Under the pieces are notes generated by a model, which did no database searches, was not told the origin of the DNA, and saw only the letters and a program-made list of their open reading frames with translations. A DNA stretch of 64,000 bases from IMG/VR virus record IMGVR_UViG_3300037137_001673, positions 1-64,000 of that record; one strand, written 5' to 3'. Positions 48,903 to 58,089 of this stretch are shown one piece after another; the first letter of the stretch is position 1, and the number at the start of each line of letters is the position of its first letter. The DNA comes from a virus. A program made the position numbers and the translations under genes.

Positions 48903-49085
48903 TTAAGCTTCTGTTCCGTATTTATCTCTACAGAATTTTTCTGCTTCAACTACTCTTTCCTTTATTTTTTCGTAATCCATTCCAGCTACTTTGATACTCC
49001 AAGTATAACCTTTTGTATTTCTAGTAACTTCCATTGAGTGATAAGTTTCTCCAGCTTTTAAAGCTGCTTCATAAGCATCAGACAT
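48903..49085 (-). CDS. Small hypothetical protein
   Basis: AAGGAG SD; promoter TTGACA-17-TATACT at 49104-49132. Confidence 0.65.
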   Translation of the reverse strand: MSDAYEAALKAGETYHSMEVTRNTKGYTWSIKVAGMDYEKIKERVVEAEKFCRDKYGTEA

Positions 49086-49134
49086 ATAAGTCTCCTTTTT
49101 AATAGTATAATTTAATTATTTATTCTTGTCAAAT

Positions 49135-49397
49135 AAAAATAGCTGACGTAACGACGCCAGCTTATCGTTCGAACTTTCCCGAAAGTCATATGTCTTTCCA
49201 TATGTCAAAAGTCTTTCCTTCTGCCAGACAAGTTGCGCTAGTAAAATAACATACTATACAGCAACTATGTCCCATTTTAACTTCAAGGTATACTAAGCAC
49301 TGCTGTGACTTCCATGTTCAGAAACATCGCTATATTAGTAATAGGTTGTTTAACTGTGAAAGTAGCTAGCGTGGCGGTTCACCGAAGAAATGGTTTA
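49135..49397 (-). ncRNA. Candidate structured RNA A in tRNA-Trp 3' trailer
   Basis: Three tandem TG(A/G)C-stem-GAAAG hairpins then terminator; shares motifs with 61833-62212. Confidence 0.55.
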
Positions 49398-49469
49398 CGG
49401 GTTCACAAAGATTTGAACTCTGAACTTCTGGGTTGGAGCCAGAAATGTTGCCAATTACACTATGAACCC
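49398..49469 (-). tRNA. tRNA-Trp(CCA)
   Basis: TCTGG-CTCCAAC-CCAGA; GTTCAAATC. Confidence 0.9.
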
Positions 49470-49734
49470 ATTAGTGGAGGAACGGCTGACAAATAATAAC
49501 TCACTTGGCAACCACCCCTCCAAGCCCCTCTACACCTAATAGCCGAAGCTAAATTCGGGACAAGGCATTTTGATTAACTTACAAATAATATAAGTCAATC
49601 TTTTAATCTCTAACTTCAATCTTTTCTCATAATTATTCTTTACAATATATATATAATAAATTTTTTAACTAGGCGGCGGAATACCTGTAGTCATACTACA
49701 CCTTTTCTTTGTATTAGGCCAGTTGTTTTAATAG

Positions 49735-49924
49735 TTTCCGTTCGTGGAAGCAGCACGGCTAGTCTTTTTCCTAGTAGTCAGGACCTGTTCTTTCGTGTGG
49801 GTTCCCGCACTCGGATACGATAACGGTTGTATCGGGCGATGAAATTTTTATCCTTCTAATTATTCATACAAGGTCGTCATTCCCTTTCGACTGGGCTTCT
49901 CAATTGTAGTGTGAGAAGTAGCAC
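49735..49924 (-). ncRNA. Candidate structured RNA C
   Basis: GC-rich, several hairpins, TGAC-TA-CTAG-GAAAAAGA-CTAG motif. Confidence 0.4.
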
Positions 49925-50056
49925 TTACTTCTTTCTCAAATCCTTCCATTCCTTTTTGGAAATGTAGGTATGAGTTCCTGCTTTTACCGAACGTCTAGCA
50001 GCCTCATCATAAATACGGGTAATGTCTTTCGTTTCAATGTTCTTGATGCATTTCAT
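49925..50056 (-). CDS. 43-aa basic protein (MKCIKNIETKDITRIY...KKEWKDLRKK), below ORF-track cutoff
   Basis: GGAGGA SD; directly after promoter TTTACA-17-TATAAT at 50085-50113. Confidence 0.65.
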   Translation of the reverse strand: MKCIKNIETKDITRIYDEAARRSVKAGTHTYISKKEWKDLRKK

Positions 50057-50118
50057 CAGTTATTCCTCCATGCTTTCTTTCATTATTATATCATAATTTT
50101 TGATTTTTGTAAAGTTTT

Positions 50119-50192
50119 TACTGGGAGAGAGATTTGAACTCTCATGACACTTATTTTGAGTAAGCGAAGTTTGCCAATTACTTCATCCCAGC
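50119..50192 (-). tRNA. tRNA-Leu(CAA), short variable loop
   Basis: GCTTA-CTCAAAA-TAAGT; GTTCAAATC. Confidence 0.85.
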
Positions 50193-50446
50193 TTGTTATA
50201 TTTTTCAAAAGCGATTTGTCCCCACCAAGTTCTTTTTTGTGCTTCTACTTGTTTTGAAATTATATGTTCTTCGATAATTCCTTTTTTCAAAGTTTCAAAA
50301 AACATTCCAGCTCCAGATAGAAATTCTTTTGCTCCTTCATATGGAGTTAAACTTGCTTCTTTGTATAGAGAAAAAATTATGTCATCTAATTTTACAAAAA
50401 TTTCTCCACCTATATTTATATGAATGAAATTGTGGTCCATAGGCAT
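50183..50446 (-). CDS. Hypothetical protein; stop codon inside tRNA-Leu(CAA)
   Basis: GAGGT SD. Confidence 0.55.
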   Translation of the reverse strand: MPMDHNFIHINIGGEIFVKLDDIIFSLYKEASLTPYEGAKEFLSGAGMFFETLKKGIIEEHIISKQVEAQKRTWWGQIAFEKYNKLG

Positions 50447-50460
50447 TTACTTTACCTCAT

Positions 50461-50547
50461 TGCGCAAGAAAGGAATTGAACCTTCACGCCCCTTACGGAA
50501 CACGAGACTCTCATTCTCGTATGGCTACCAGATTACATCACTTGCGC
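50461..50547 (-). tRNA. tRNA-Leu(GAG), long variable arm
   Basis: CGAGA-ATGAGAG-TCTCG; GGTTCAATTCC. Confidence 0.85.
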
Positions 50548-50550
50548 GTT

Positions 50551-50625
50551 TGCGAGCAAAAGGAGTTGAACCTTCAAAAAGTAGATTCTAAATCTACCGC
50601 GTCTAGCCAGTTGCGCCATGCTCGC
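50551..50625 (-). tRNA. tRNA-Leu(TAG), short variable loop
   Basis: GTAGA-TTTAGAA-TCTAC. Confidence 0.88.
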
Positions 50626-50630
50626 ATAAT

Positions 50631-51077
50631 TTAAAGATTTTCTAATTCGTTATTAAACCCATCGAAATCTGCTCTTTCAATTTTAAAAGCAATAATTTCT
50701 TTAAGATCAAATTTCTCATGAGAGTAAATAAATACAAATACAAAAGGGGAATCTTCTGTTGTAATTACTCTCCAGATATAACTTTTTTCTTTGAAGTAAA
50801 CTAAATTAATAATTGAACCTTCTACTTTTTCAGCAAAAATTTTTGCTACATGAAGAACTCCTCCATTGGCAGAAATTATTTTAGTTCCCTCAACTTCGAA
50901 AACTCCGCTAACTCCATAATCACTTATAATGGTATTTCCACCATCAAAAGAATGATACATTTTGTCCCATGTTCCTTGAAAAACTTTGTCAAATTCTTTA
51001 ACTTCAACAATCTTTGGCTGAGAAAAAATTGTAAATGATAAGAAGAGGAACAATAAAATGGAAAAAATCTTTTTCAT
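50631..51077 (-). CDS. Secreted hypothetical protein
   Basis: MKK-hydrophobic signal peptide ending IFS/Q. Confidence 0.65.
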   Translation of the reverse strand: MKKIFSILLFLFLSFTIFSQPKIVEVKEFDKVFQGTWDKMYHSFDGGNTIISDYGVSGVFEVEGTKIISANGGVLHVAKIFAEKVEGSIINLVYFKEKSYIWRVITTEDSPFVFVFIYSHEKFDLKEIIAFKIERADFDGFNNELENL

Positions 51078-51090
51078 AAAAAATCCTTAT

Positions 51091-51165
51091 TAGCGGAGGA
51101 GAGATTCGAACTCTCACTGACATCCTTTTAAGGGACGTGCCTCCTGCCAGTTGGGCTACTCCGCC
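51091..51165 (-). tRNA. tRNA-Leu(TAA), short variable loop
   Basis: CGTCC-CTTAAAA-GGATG; GTTCGAATC. Confidence 0.9.
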
Positions 51166-51821
51166 AAGTTAAAACTTACATTATTTTTAAACATTATATT
51201 TCTTATTCTAGCATAATTTCCTGCTTTAGGGGTTAATCCTGCTTTTATCAACAATTGTCTTATATTTTTAGTTTCACTTAATAACTCTATAATCTTTTCT
51301 TCACTTACCTGTATTTTACCTTTTCCTAAATTTCTCGCTCTAAAAGTATCAGATTGTGAATGACAATTAGGACAAAGAAATTCTAAGTTTTCTAATCTGT
51401 TGTCATTGTTAAATCCATTTTTATGCTCTAGTTCTAGAACTAATTTTTCTTCTTTCCAGATTCCTTCATTTCCACATTTTCTACATTTATATGGAATTAA
51501 GTTATATTTTATTAAATAATGTTTTAATCTACAAATTGCTATAAAAGAATTTGCTGAAAATATTTTATCTTTAGGAATTTTAGTTTTTATTCTTTCATCG
51601 TCAAAAAATGTTTTTCCCTTATTCCAACTAATTACTTTTTTAGTCTTTATACATTTTGTTAAATATTCTATTGATGCTCTACCTTCTTTGTGAGCTTTGC
51701 TAAGCCCTTCACTATTTTTTTTTCTATTAACTGGACATTGAGTATTCCACTTTTCACAGGTATTTCTTCCTGACTTATTTATAAATCTTGCTTCTTTTCC
51801 ACAACCATATTCGCATAGCAT
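51156..51821 (-). CDS. HNH homing endonuclease; stop inside tRNA-Leu(TAA)
   Basis: CRKCG, LELEHKNGFNNDNRLENLEFLCPNCH. Confidence 0.9.
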   Translation of the reverse strand: MLCEYGCGKEARFINKSGRNTCEKWNTQCPVNRKKNSEGLSKAHKEGRASIEYLTKCIKTKKVISWNKGKTFFDDERIKTKIPKDKIFSANSFIAICRLKHYLIKYNLIPYKCRKCGNEGIWKEEKLVLELEHKNGFNNDNRLENLEFLCPNCHSQSDTFRARNLGKGKIQVSEEKIIELLSETKNIRQLLIKAGLTPKAGNYARIRNIMFKNNVSFNLAE

Positions 51822-51896
51822 AAACTGCCTCCAAAAGTATCTTTACTGGCAATAACTATATATGCTATAACTATGCTCCTACCATTTTATAAAAAA

Positions 51897-51962
51897 AGGG
51901 ATGTAAAGGATTCTAACCTTCAACTTACTTTGATGTAAATTTTTCTTTTAAACTAACATCCC
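51897..51962 (-). pseudogene. Degenerate tRNA-like element
   Basis: GGGATGT/ACATCCC acceptor; T-arm GAAGG-TTAGAAT-CCTTT; 6-nt anticodon loop; reduced D arm. Confidence 0.55.
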
Positions 51963-52085
51963 TATCAAGAACAACTCATTTTCAGTGAGGTCAAGATGCG
52001 TCCATCCTTTTACATCTTCACGTTCTAAGCCATTTAACCCATTGCTACGGAAGAAAGAGCGTTCTATCTTATTTAACTTTCCTAG

Positions 52086-52158
52086 CCCGAAGTGTTTGAA
52101 TCGAACAAACGACCGCTTGGTCTTCAGCCAAGCGCTCTACCAACTGAGCTAACTCCGG
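52086..52158 (-). tRNA. tRNA-Phe(GAA)
   Basis: CTTGG-CTGAAGA-CCAAG; AGCTCAGTTGGTAGAGC D arm. Confidence 0.9.
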
Positions 52159-52162
52159 AAAG

Positions 52163-52237
52163 GGAGATTGACGAGGATTGAACTCGCATGATTCCTTGCT
52201 CCACAGGCAAGTGGCTTACCATTAGCCCACAATCTCC
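52163..52237 (-). tRNA. tRNA-His(GTG) with encoded G-1:C73
   Basis: CTTGC-CTGTGGA-GCAAG. Confidence 0.9.
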
Positions 52238-52242
52238 AAGTA

Positions 52243-52313
52243 AGCCCTAGGTTAGAGTCGAACTAACTTTAATAGTTTACCGAACTATCGTTCTGCCGTT
52301 AAACTACAAGGGC
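52243..52313 (-). tRNA. tRNA-Thr(GGT)
   Basis: ATAGT-TCGGTAA-ACTAT; GTTCGAC. Confidence 0.82.
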
Positions 52314-52913
52314 ATTTTCTTTTATTTTTATTATTTCTATGTTTTTTATGTTTATTAAATTTTGATGTATTTCTCTATGGCAATTAGAGCATACAAGAAT
52401 ACATTTATTTGCTTCTTCTATTAATTTAAACTTAGATTTTTCTAAACCATTACCACTTATTAAAAATTTTTTTTCATTTTTATTTTTATGATGAAAATCT
52501 AGAGCACTAAAACATTTATTGTATCCACAAACTTGACATTTACCCCCTTTTAAATCTGTTAATTTTCTTCTTATTTTTTTGCTTCTTGTATCTGTATATT
52601 TGTTAAAATTTTTAGCATTTATTCCATATGCTTGTGGACGATTTTTATCAAAGCATTCTTTACATAAATTTTCAGCACTTTTAGACATTCTACTACCACA
52701 AATTTTACAAATCTTTTTAATTTTTTTTATTTTATATCTATCTTCTTCATATCCTTTTTTAAGAGTTAAAGCTCTTTTAAAATTCATTTCATCCGATTGT
52801 ATTCTTTTATTAGAACAACTTCTAGAACAAAATCTCAAAGGATAATTTTTTGTGTGGTATTTATCCTTTCTCCAATCTTCAAAAAATTCCTTACCACAAC
52901 TTTCACAATTCAT
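52299..52913 (-). CDS. HNH homing endonuclease; stop inside tRNA-Thr(GGT)
   Basis: FCSRSC, GGKCQVCGY, ALDFHH, LVCSNCHREIH. Confidence 0.9.
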   Translation of the reverse strand: MNCESCGKEFFEDWRKDKYHTKNYPLRFCSRSCSNKRIQSDEMNFKRALTLKKGYEEDRYKIKKIKKICKICGSRMSKSAENLCKECFDKNRPQAYGINAKNFNKYTDTRSKKIRRKLTDLKGGKCQVCGYNKCFSALDFHHKNKNEKKFLISGNGLEKSKFKLIEEANKCILVCSNCHREIHQNLINIKNIEIIKIKENALVV

Positions 52914-52982
52914 AATTGAACTCTCCCATATATATATTTACTACATTCAATAATATATATGAGTTCAATTCTACCTACTGAG

Positions 52983-54929
52983 TTATAGTAGCATTCTTTC
53001 ACAATTATAAATATAGTTCCCATTTTTATAAGAGAACCAAACTACTTCTTCATACCAATCTTCCCAGTTTAACCACCTAATTTTAGAGCAGAGAATTTTA
53101 TATTGAACCTCTTTTTCCACTAGCTCAATTTCAATTCCTCTCAAAATTGCTTGGTAACACTCCCATATATTATAACTTAAATTTAAATTCTTGTCAAATC
53201 CTTGAAATGGTAGTTTTAAAAGAGTTTTATTTAATAATAAACTTTCGTGAAGTAGTTTTTCAAAACCAAAAGTATCTATTTTTGTTAAATAATCTGTAAG
53301 TATCTTTTCTGCTTCTACATAAAACTCATTTAATCTATTACTTTTAATTATGTCAATAAATTTATATTCATCAGTAGGCCACCAGATATTTAACCATTCT
53401 TTTGATTCACAATGAGGAATTTCTCCATTTTGTGTTTCCAATGCTTTTTTAGTAAAAAAAGAAATTATTTCTTCAAAAATTCCTGTAGATTTATTTTCAG
53501 TAAAAATTTCAGCTAATTTTCTAAAACTTATTCCATAAAATTTATTTAGAATAACAAATGGAATTTGTAGAAGTTTATTAAAGTGTAAAAGAGAAATTAC
53601 CCAAGCAAAAACTTTTGCCTTTATCCAGTCTTCTCTAGTTAAAGTATTTGTTGATGTTACTACTAATTCATTTTCAAAAACTTCTTCTACAGAAAGACTT
53701 CCGTGCCGATTAACAAGTTTCTTTTCCATTATATCAAAACTATATTTTTCTTGATATTCAATTCTTCCCATTTCAGCATTAGGGAGAATATTTAAATCTG
53801 AAAAAGTAATTCTGTTATGTTGTCCGTTTTCTATTATTTCTGAAATTCCATTTACATAAGAATCGTAAGTTTCTTCTGGCAGTCCTAAAATAATGTCTGT
53901 AAAAGCATCCACTCCAATGTTAGTTAATTTCTGTTTTACTTCTTTGAAGTGATTAATTTTCATATTTATTCTTTTTATTGCTTTTAAGGTATCTTCATTT
54001 GTAGATTGAAGGGAAAGAGAAATTGTAGTATTTAATCCAGCTTCTGCTAATAATTTGTAAGTATTATAAGTGTGTTCCTTAAAGTTTTTAGTGCTTTGAA
54101 CTGATATTCCTTCTGGATAACCAAACTTTATTTTATTATCTGCTACAAATTTAATAATTTCATAATCTCTTTCCAGCATTCCAAAATTAGAATCACAGCA
54201 AGTTATAAACTCAATTTTATTATTCTTGAACCATTCTACTTCTTTATAAAGTCTTTCCATGCCAAAAGTAAAAACTCTATTTTGTGTGGCAGAACCCCAG
54301 TCACAATAAGTGCAAGAAAAAGGACAACCTCTATTGGTTTCCCAAAGAGCAATCCAATTTACTTTTGGATTTGCTTTTATTAGTGGCTGGAAGATTTCTT
54401 CTAAAAATGGAGATGGAATACTATTTATTTCAAAAATTCTTGGAGGGTATTGAGAAAGTATTACTTCATTGTTTTTGTCTAAATAATTTATTCCGGAAAT
54501 TTCTCTCCAGTTACGATTAAAAAGATTTTTTAAAATTAAAGTAAAAGTTATTTCTCCATTACCAAGACAAGCCAAATTAACTTGAGGATTTTCTCTTAAA
54601 AATTTTTCTACTTTATCACAAGAAATTCCTGGTCCACCAAAAACGGTTATTACATTAGAATCTCTTTTTTTTAATAGTCTTGCTATTTCTAAAGAAATTC
54701 TTGTATTCCAAGTGTATAAACTAAAAAAAATTATCTCTGCACCAGATAATTCTCTTACTGCTTCTTTTAATGGAATTCTTTTATAGATTGGCAAAAGAAA
54801 TTCAAAATCACTTACATTATCTAAATACTTTTCAGCATATGCTTGTAATAATCCTAACGAATATGGCAAATACTCTTGATTAAAAAAAGAAGTATTTATC
54901 TGAACCATTCCTACTTTAATTTTTTGCAT
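52983..54929 (-). CDS. Cobalamin-binding radical SAM enzyme
   Basis: N-terminal B12-binding FSLYTWN/VFGGP/GNGE; RGCPFSCTYCDW; LGLPEET. Confidence 0.9.
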   Translation of the reverse strand: MQKIKVGMVQINTSFFNQEYLPYSLGLLQAYAEKYLDNVSDFEFLLPIYKRIPLKEAVRELSGAEIIFFSLYTWNTRISLEIARLLKKRDSNVITVFGGPGISCDKVEKFLRENPQVNLACLGNGEITFTLILKNLFNRNWREISGINYLDKNNEVILSQYPPRIFEINSIPSPFLEEIFQPLIKANPKVNWIALWETNRGCPFSCTYCDWGSATQNRVFTFGMERLYKEVEWFKNNKIEFITCCDSNFGMLERDYEIIKFVADNKIKFGYPEGISVQSTKNFKEHTYNTYKLLAEAGLNTTISLSLQSTNEDTLKAIKRINMKINHFKEVKQKLTNIGVDAFTDIILGLPEETYDSYVNGISEIIENGQHNRITFSDLNILPNAEMGRIEYQEKYSFDIMEKKLVNRHGSLSVEEVFENELVVTSTNTLTREDWIKAKVFAWVISLLHFNKLLQIPFVILNKFYGISFRKLAEIFTENKSTGIFEEIISFFTKKALETQNGEIPHCESKEWLNIWWPTDEYKFIDIIKSNRLNEFYVEAEKILTDYLTKIDTFGFEKLLHESLLLNKTLLKLPFQGFDKNLNLSYNIWECYQAILRGIEIELVEKEVQYKILCSKIRWLNWEDWYEEVVWFSYKNGNYIYNCERMLL

Positions 54930-54957
54930 ATAACTCCTTTGACTTTATTTATGCTAT

Positions 54958-55028
54958 AGCCATCTGCTAGAATCAAACTAGCATCTTATTTGTACGAAAA
55001 ATTGATTTTATCATTAAACTAAGATGGC
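54958..55028 (-). tRNA. tRNA-Thr(CGT), degenerate
   Basis: GCCATCT/AGATGGC acceptor; TTCGTAC loop; atypical TTTGA T-loop. Confidence 0.6.
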
Positions 55029-55170
55029 GTGAAATGTGTTATAAAACTTTATTAAAATAATGTTTAATTATTGTCTTTTTTTCTTTAATGAGAAACTTTA
55101 GACTAGCAGTAAAATATCCAAGATAAAATGTCCCTGGAATAATTAAAAATAACCACCAAGGACTCATATT

Positions 55171-55476
55171 TTATTCCTTTTCAGCTATTTCTTCTGCTAT
55201 AACAATTGCTGGACCAATTATATCTATCTTTTTATTGCTTACAGTAAATAGAATCATCACGTCTCCATTTTCACTTCTATCAGCTATGAAACACTTTCCA
55301 GTTTTTTCCCATAGAAGTTTTCCATCTATATTAGAATAAACTTTAATATTCCTAACTAGTCCTCCATTGTATCCAGTATCCTTCTGCTTATTCCACATCG
55401 CCGTTTGGGATGGGTTACAAGCAATAAAACTAAAGACTAGCAGAATTGCTAGAACTACGAACAGGAATTTTCTCAT
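55171..55476 (-). CDS. Lipoprotein
   Basis: MRK-hydrophobic-FIAC lipobox. Confidence 0.7.
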   Translation of the reverse strand: MRKFLFVVLAILLVFSFIACNPSQTAMWNKQKDTGYNGGLVRNIKVYSNIDGKLLWEKTGKCFIADRSENGDVMILFTVSNKKIDIIGPAIVIAEEIAEKE

Positions 55477-55742
55477 AACTTCTTTTCCTTCTTTTTGTTT
55501 ATTTGTTTCTTGATTTCTTGGTTAATTGCTCCAAGTGGACTAGCTCCAAAAATCTTTGCTGGTATATACCAAATAGGCATTGTGATTATCGACCACTTCA
55601 TTGTGAAGAAAATCAAATAACCTAGAGCGGGAATACACAAGAATGCGTAAGCCCACCATTGTGAGAATACCCAAATGTCAACCTGAAAGGTTGCCCATAG
55701 GAAATTCACATACGCTAAAAGAATTTCCAAAAATTCCATCAT
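55473..55742 (-). CDS. Small membrane protein
   Basis: Hydrophobic/aromatic, basic tail; coupled to neighbours. Confidence 0.6.
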   Translation of the reverse strand: MMEFLEILLAYVNFLWATFQVDIWVFSQWWAYAFLCIPALGYLIFFTMKWSIITMPIWYIPAKIFGASPLGAINQEIKKQINKKKEKKL

Positions 55743-56215
55743 TTCTTCACCTCTCTTACAAATTCAAATAATTTCATTATATTTTTAATAGGAGAAATTT
55801 TCTCCTCATTAAAAAATTCTTCTATATTCTCAAAATACTTTTTTACATAACCATCTACAAATCCATTTAAAATTACTTCAGAGTTTTTATTAAGAACCTT
55901 TTTTTCATAGATGGCCCAACTTAAAAAATTTGCTATATCTTTTTTTCTTTTGATGAAATTGTCAAATTGAATAGTCCAGTAATCTTTTTTTCCAGTATAA
56001 TGCCTTACTCTAATCCAGCCATTTATAGAAACTTCTTTTATTAGTTCTTCTCTAGCTTTTCCTTCCGTATATAATTTTTCTTTATATTTCTTGTAAGTGT
56101 TTTCTATTATTTCTTTAGTTATTCCAAATTTTTCAGGATGATAAATTATGTCACTGATATGACTATCAGTTGTCATGTCAGTTATTTCTTTATTTTTTAT
56201 CCAATAACCTTTCAC
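55739..56215 (-). CDS. Hypothetical protein
   Basis: GYWI, HPEKFG, EGKAREEL, GWIRVRHY. Confidence 0.6.
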   Translation of the reverse strand: MKGYWIKNKEITDMTTDSHISDIIYHPEKFGITKEIIENTYKKYKEKLYTEGKAREELIKEVSINGWIRVRHYTGKKDYWTIQFDNFIKRKKDIANFLSWAIYEKKVLNKNSEVILNGFVDGYVKKYFENIEEFFNEEKISPIKNIMKLFEFVREVKK

Positions 56216-56541
56216 TTTTTATTCCTTGCTTCATGCTCTTCCTTAATTATGCAGTCAGAACAAATACAAGTTTCTTCTGCTATTTCAATAGTAAGAAGTT
56301 TTTTGTCTTCTTTACTTAATTCTTGCCATAACTCTTTACCGCAAGAACAAAAAAATTTAACTTTTCCCATTTTTTTCTTTCATTTCTATTTTAAACTCAT
56401 TATTAAATGGAACGAAAACTGAATTAGTGCCAAGAACGGAATAAATCCAACCACCAGACACTCTTAAAATTTGCATATTTTCATCAATTATTACTTGGTG
56501 AATTTTCATTCCATAGATGTTTTCCATTTGTTTTCCTTTAG

Positions 56542-56629
56542 TGGGCTGGGTAGGACTCGAACCTACGGTGTTTTGTCTGAGACGCTTGATTTACAGTCAA
56601 GGGGATTCGCCACTATCCTTAACCAACCC
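56542..56629 (-). tRNA. tRNA-Tyr(GTA)
   Basis: CTTGA-CTGTAAA-TCAAG; long variable arm; GGTTCGAGTCC. Confidence 0.9.
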
Positions 56630-57011
56630 TAAATTCTTCATATTTCTCATATAAGGTAATAGAATTTATATTATTTAATTTTTCCACAGGTATAAAATAT
56701 TCTTCGTCATCTTCCGTTAAAATAAATAGATAATCACAAGAATTTTTTTCAAATTTCTTAGCATAATTAAAACTTTGATTTCCTCCAGTGGTTCTTAAAG
56801 ATGCTTTATAATTGCCATTAGATTGTTTGCTGGTGGTAGTTTTTACTTGTACTTTTAAAAGTTTTTTTTCTAATTCTACAATTAAATCATATCCTTGATT
56901 ATCATTTAAAGGTATGCTTACTGTAATTCCATTACTTGTAAAATACTTTATAGCAGAACCTATTCCTGCTAATCCTTTGTCTTTACTATTTTTATGTTTT
57001 GAAAGTTTCAT
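56619..57011 (-). CDS. PD-(D/E)XK homing endonuclease (I-Ssp6803I-like); stop inside tRNA-Tyr
   Basis: KG-x-AG, VSIPL-x-D-x-x-x-YDLIV, KVQVKT, DYLFI, YFIP. Confidence 0.82.
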   Translation of the reverse strand: MKLSKHKNSKDKGLAGIGSAIKYFTSNGITVSIPLNDNQGYDLIVELEKKLLKVQVKTTTSKQSNGNYKASLRTTGGNQSFNYAKKFEKNSCDYLFILTEDDEEYFIPVEKLNNINSITLYEKYEEFRVG

Positions 57012-57081
57012 AAATTTATCTTTACATAAGAGAGTATAATACTCTTTTTATACAGACCGCCGACAAAATTATTTCCCAAAG

Positions 57082-57236
57082 AAAGATAGTCGCTTGCCAT
57101 AGTTACATATTGTGCTAGCCGTTTATCTAACACACCACTTGTTAAAATGGAGCAAGCCCCTTCACACTTAACTAATTCAAAATCTAGTAACTTGTCATTG
57201 TTGAATCAGAATCGCACTTGGGAGTCGACTATCTTT
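57082..57236 (-). ncRNA. Candidate end-paired small RNA
   Basis: 11-bp terminal inverted repeat AAAGATAGTCG; abuts tRNA-Ser 3' end. Confidence 0.4.
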
Positions 57237-57240
57237 TTTA

Positions 57241-57325
57241 CGGAAGCGCAGCGATTTGAACGCTGAAAGGTTTCACCCTCGTCCGGGTTCAGACCGGATG
57301 GACTACCAGATTATCCCACGCTTCC
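57241..57325 (-). tRNA. tRNA-Ser(TGA)
   Basis: TCCGG-TCTGAAC-CCGGA; long variable arm; G73. Confidence 0.88.
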
Positions 57326-57375
57326 ATTAAGCAATTTTCTTTTTATCTTTCCGTTCTTTTTTCTCTTGTCTTTTT

Positions 57376-57404
57376 ATTATACCAGATTTTTCTTTTTCTG
57401 TCAA
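57376..57404 (-). promoter_or_regulatory. Sigma70-type promoter
   Basis: TTGACA-17-TATAAT. Confidence 0.8.
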
Positions 57405-57411
57405 TTTTCGC

Positions 57412-58056
57412 CTAAGCCAATTTAATTTTTTTTCTTTTTCTATTTGCTTCACTTATTTTCTTTCTAGTTTCTTCTGAAAAAACTTGGAGTTTTCTTTTTT
57501 CTTTAATTTTTTGTTTAGTTTCTTCCGAGTGATGCTTACCAAACATATTATTTTCTTCACCAATTTTTGCTTCACTCATTTTCTTTTTACTTTCTTCTGA
57601 ATGATGCTTGCCGAGCATACCATTTCCATTCTTCTTTTGTAGTTCGCTCATTTTCTTTATAGTTTCTTCTGAATGAGTTTTGCCTTCATGCGCTTTACTC
57701 ATTTTCCTTTTACTTTCTTCAGAATGGGTTCTTTTTCTATTTGCTTCACTTATCTTCCTTTTATGTTCTTTGTGAAGGTGTTTGTTTTTGTGCCCTCCAC
57801 TCTCAAAATTATATCCATTAGGAAAGATGCTATTACATTCTTGTATGTAATGCGTTTCCCAATAGTCAAGTTCTTTTTCTGGAACACTTTCTAATAAAAG
57901 TTTATCGAAATTATCACTTCCATATTTTTGTATTGCTTTTCCAGTTAAAGAGTTGGAATGTTGGTGACTTCTAAATCTTTTTTTAAAAGTTTGTGTTGTT
58001 TGTCCTATATAACACTTATCGTTTTTTCTATTTCTTAATATATAAATTATTCCCAT
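57412..58056 (-). CDS. GIY-YIG homing endonuclease with NUMOD3 (SegB-like location in tRNA cluster)
   Basis: MGIIYILRNRKNDKCYIGQT; HSEESKKKMS repeats. Confidence 0.9.
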   Translation of the reverse strand: MGIIYILRNRKNDKCYIGQTTQTFKKRFRSHQHSNSLTGKAIQKYGSDNFDKLLLESVPEKELDYWETHYIQECNSIFPNGYNFESGGHKNKHLHKEHKRKISEANRKRTHSEESKRKMSKAHEGKTHSEETIKKMSELQKKNGNGMLGKHHSEESKKKMSEAKIGEENNMFGKHHSEETKQKIKEKRKLQVFSEETRKKISEANRKRKKIKLA

Positions 58057-58089
58057 ATATAGTCTCCTATAACTATATATGTCGCGAGT

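Noticed and set aside
51091-57011. Group I introns in tRNAs hosting the endonucleases
   Set aside because: The adjacent tRNAs are contiguous and intact; the nucleases are free-standing and no intron core was recognised.
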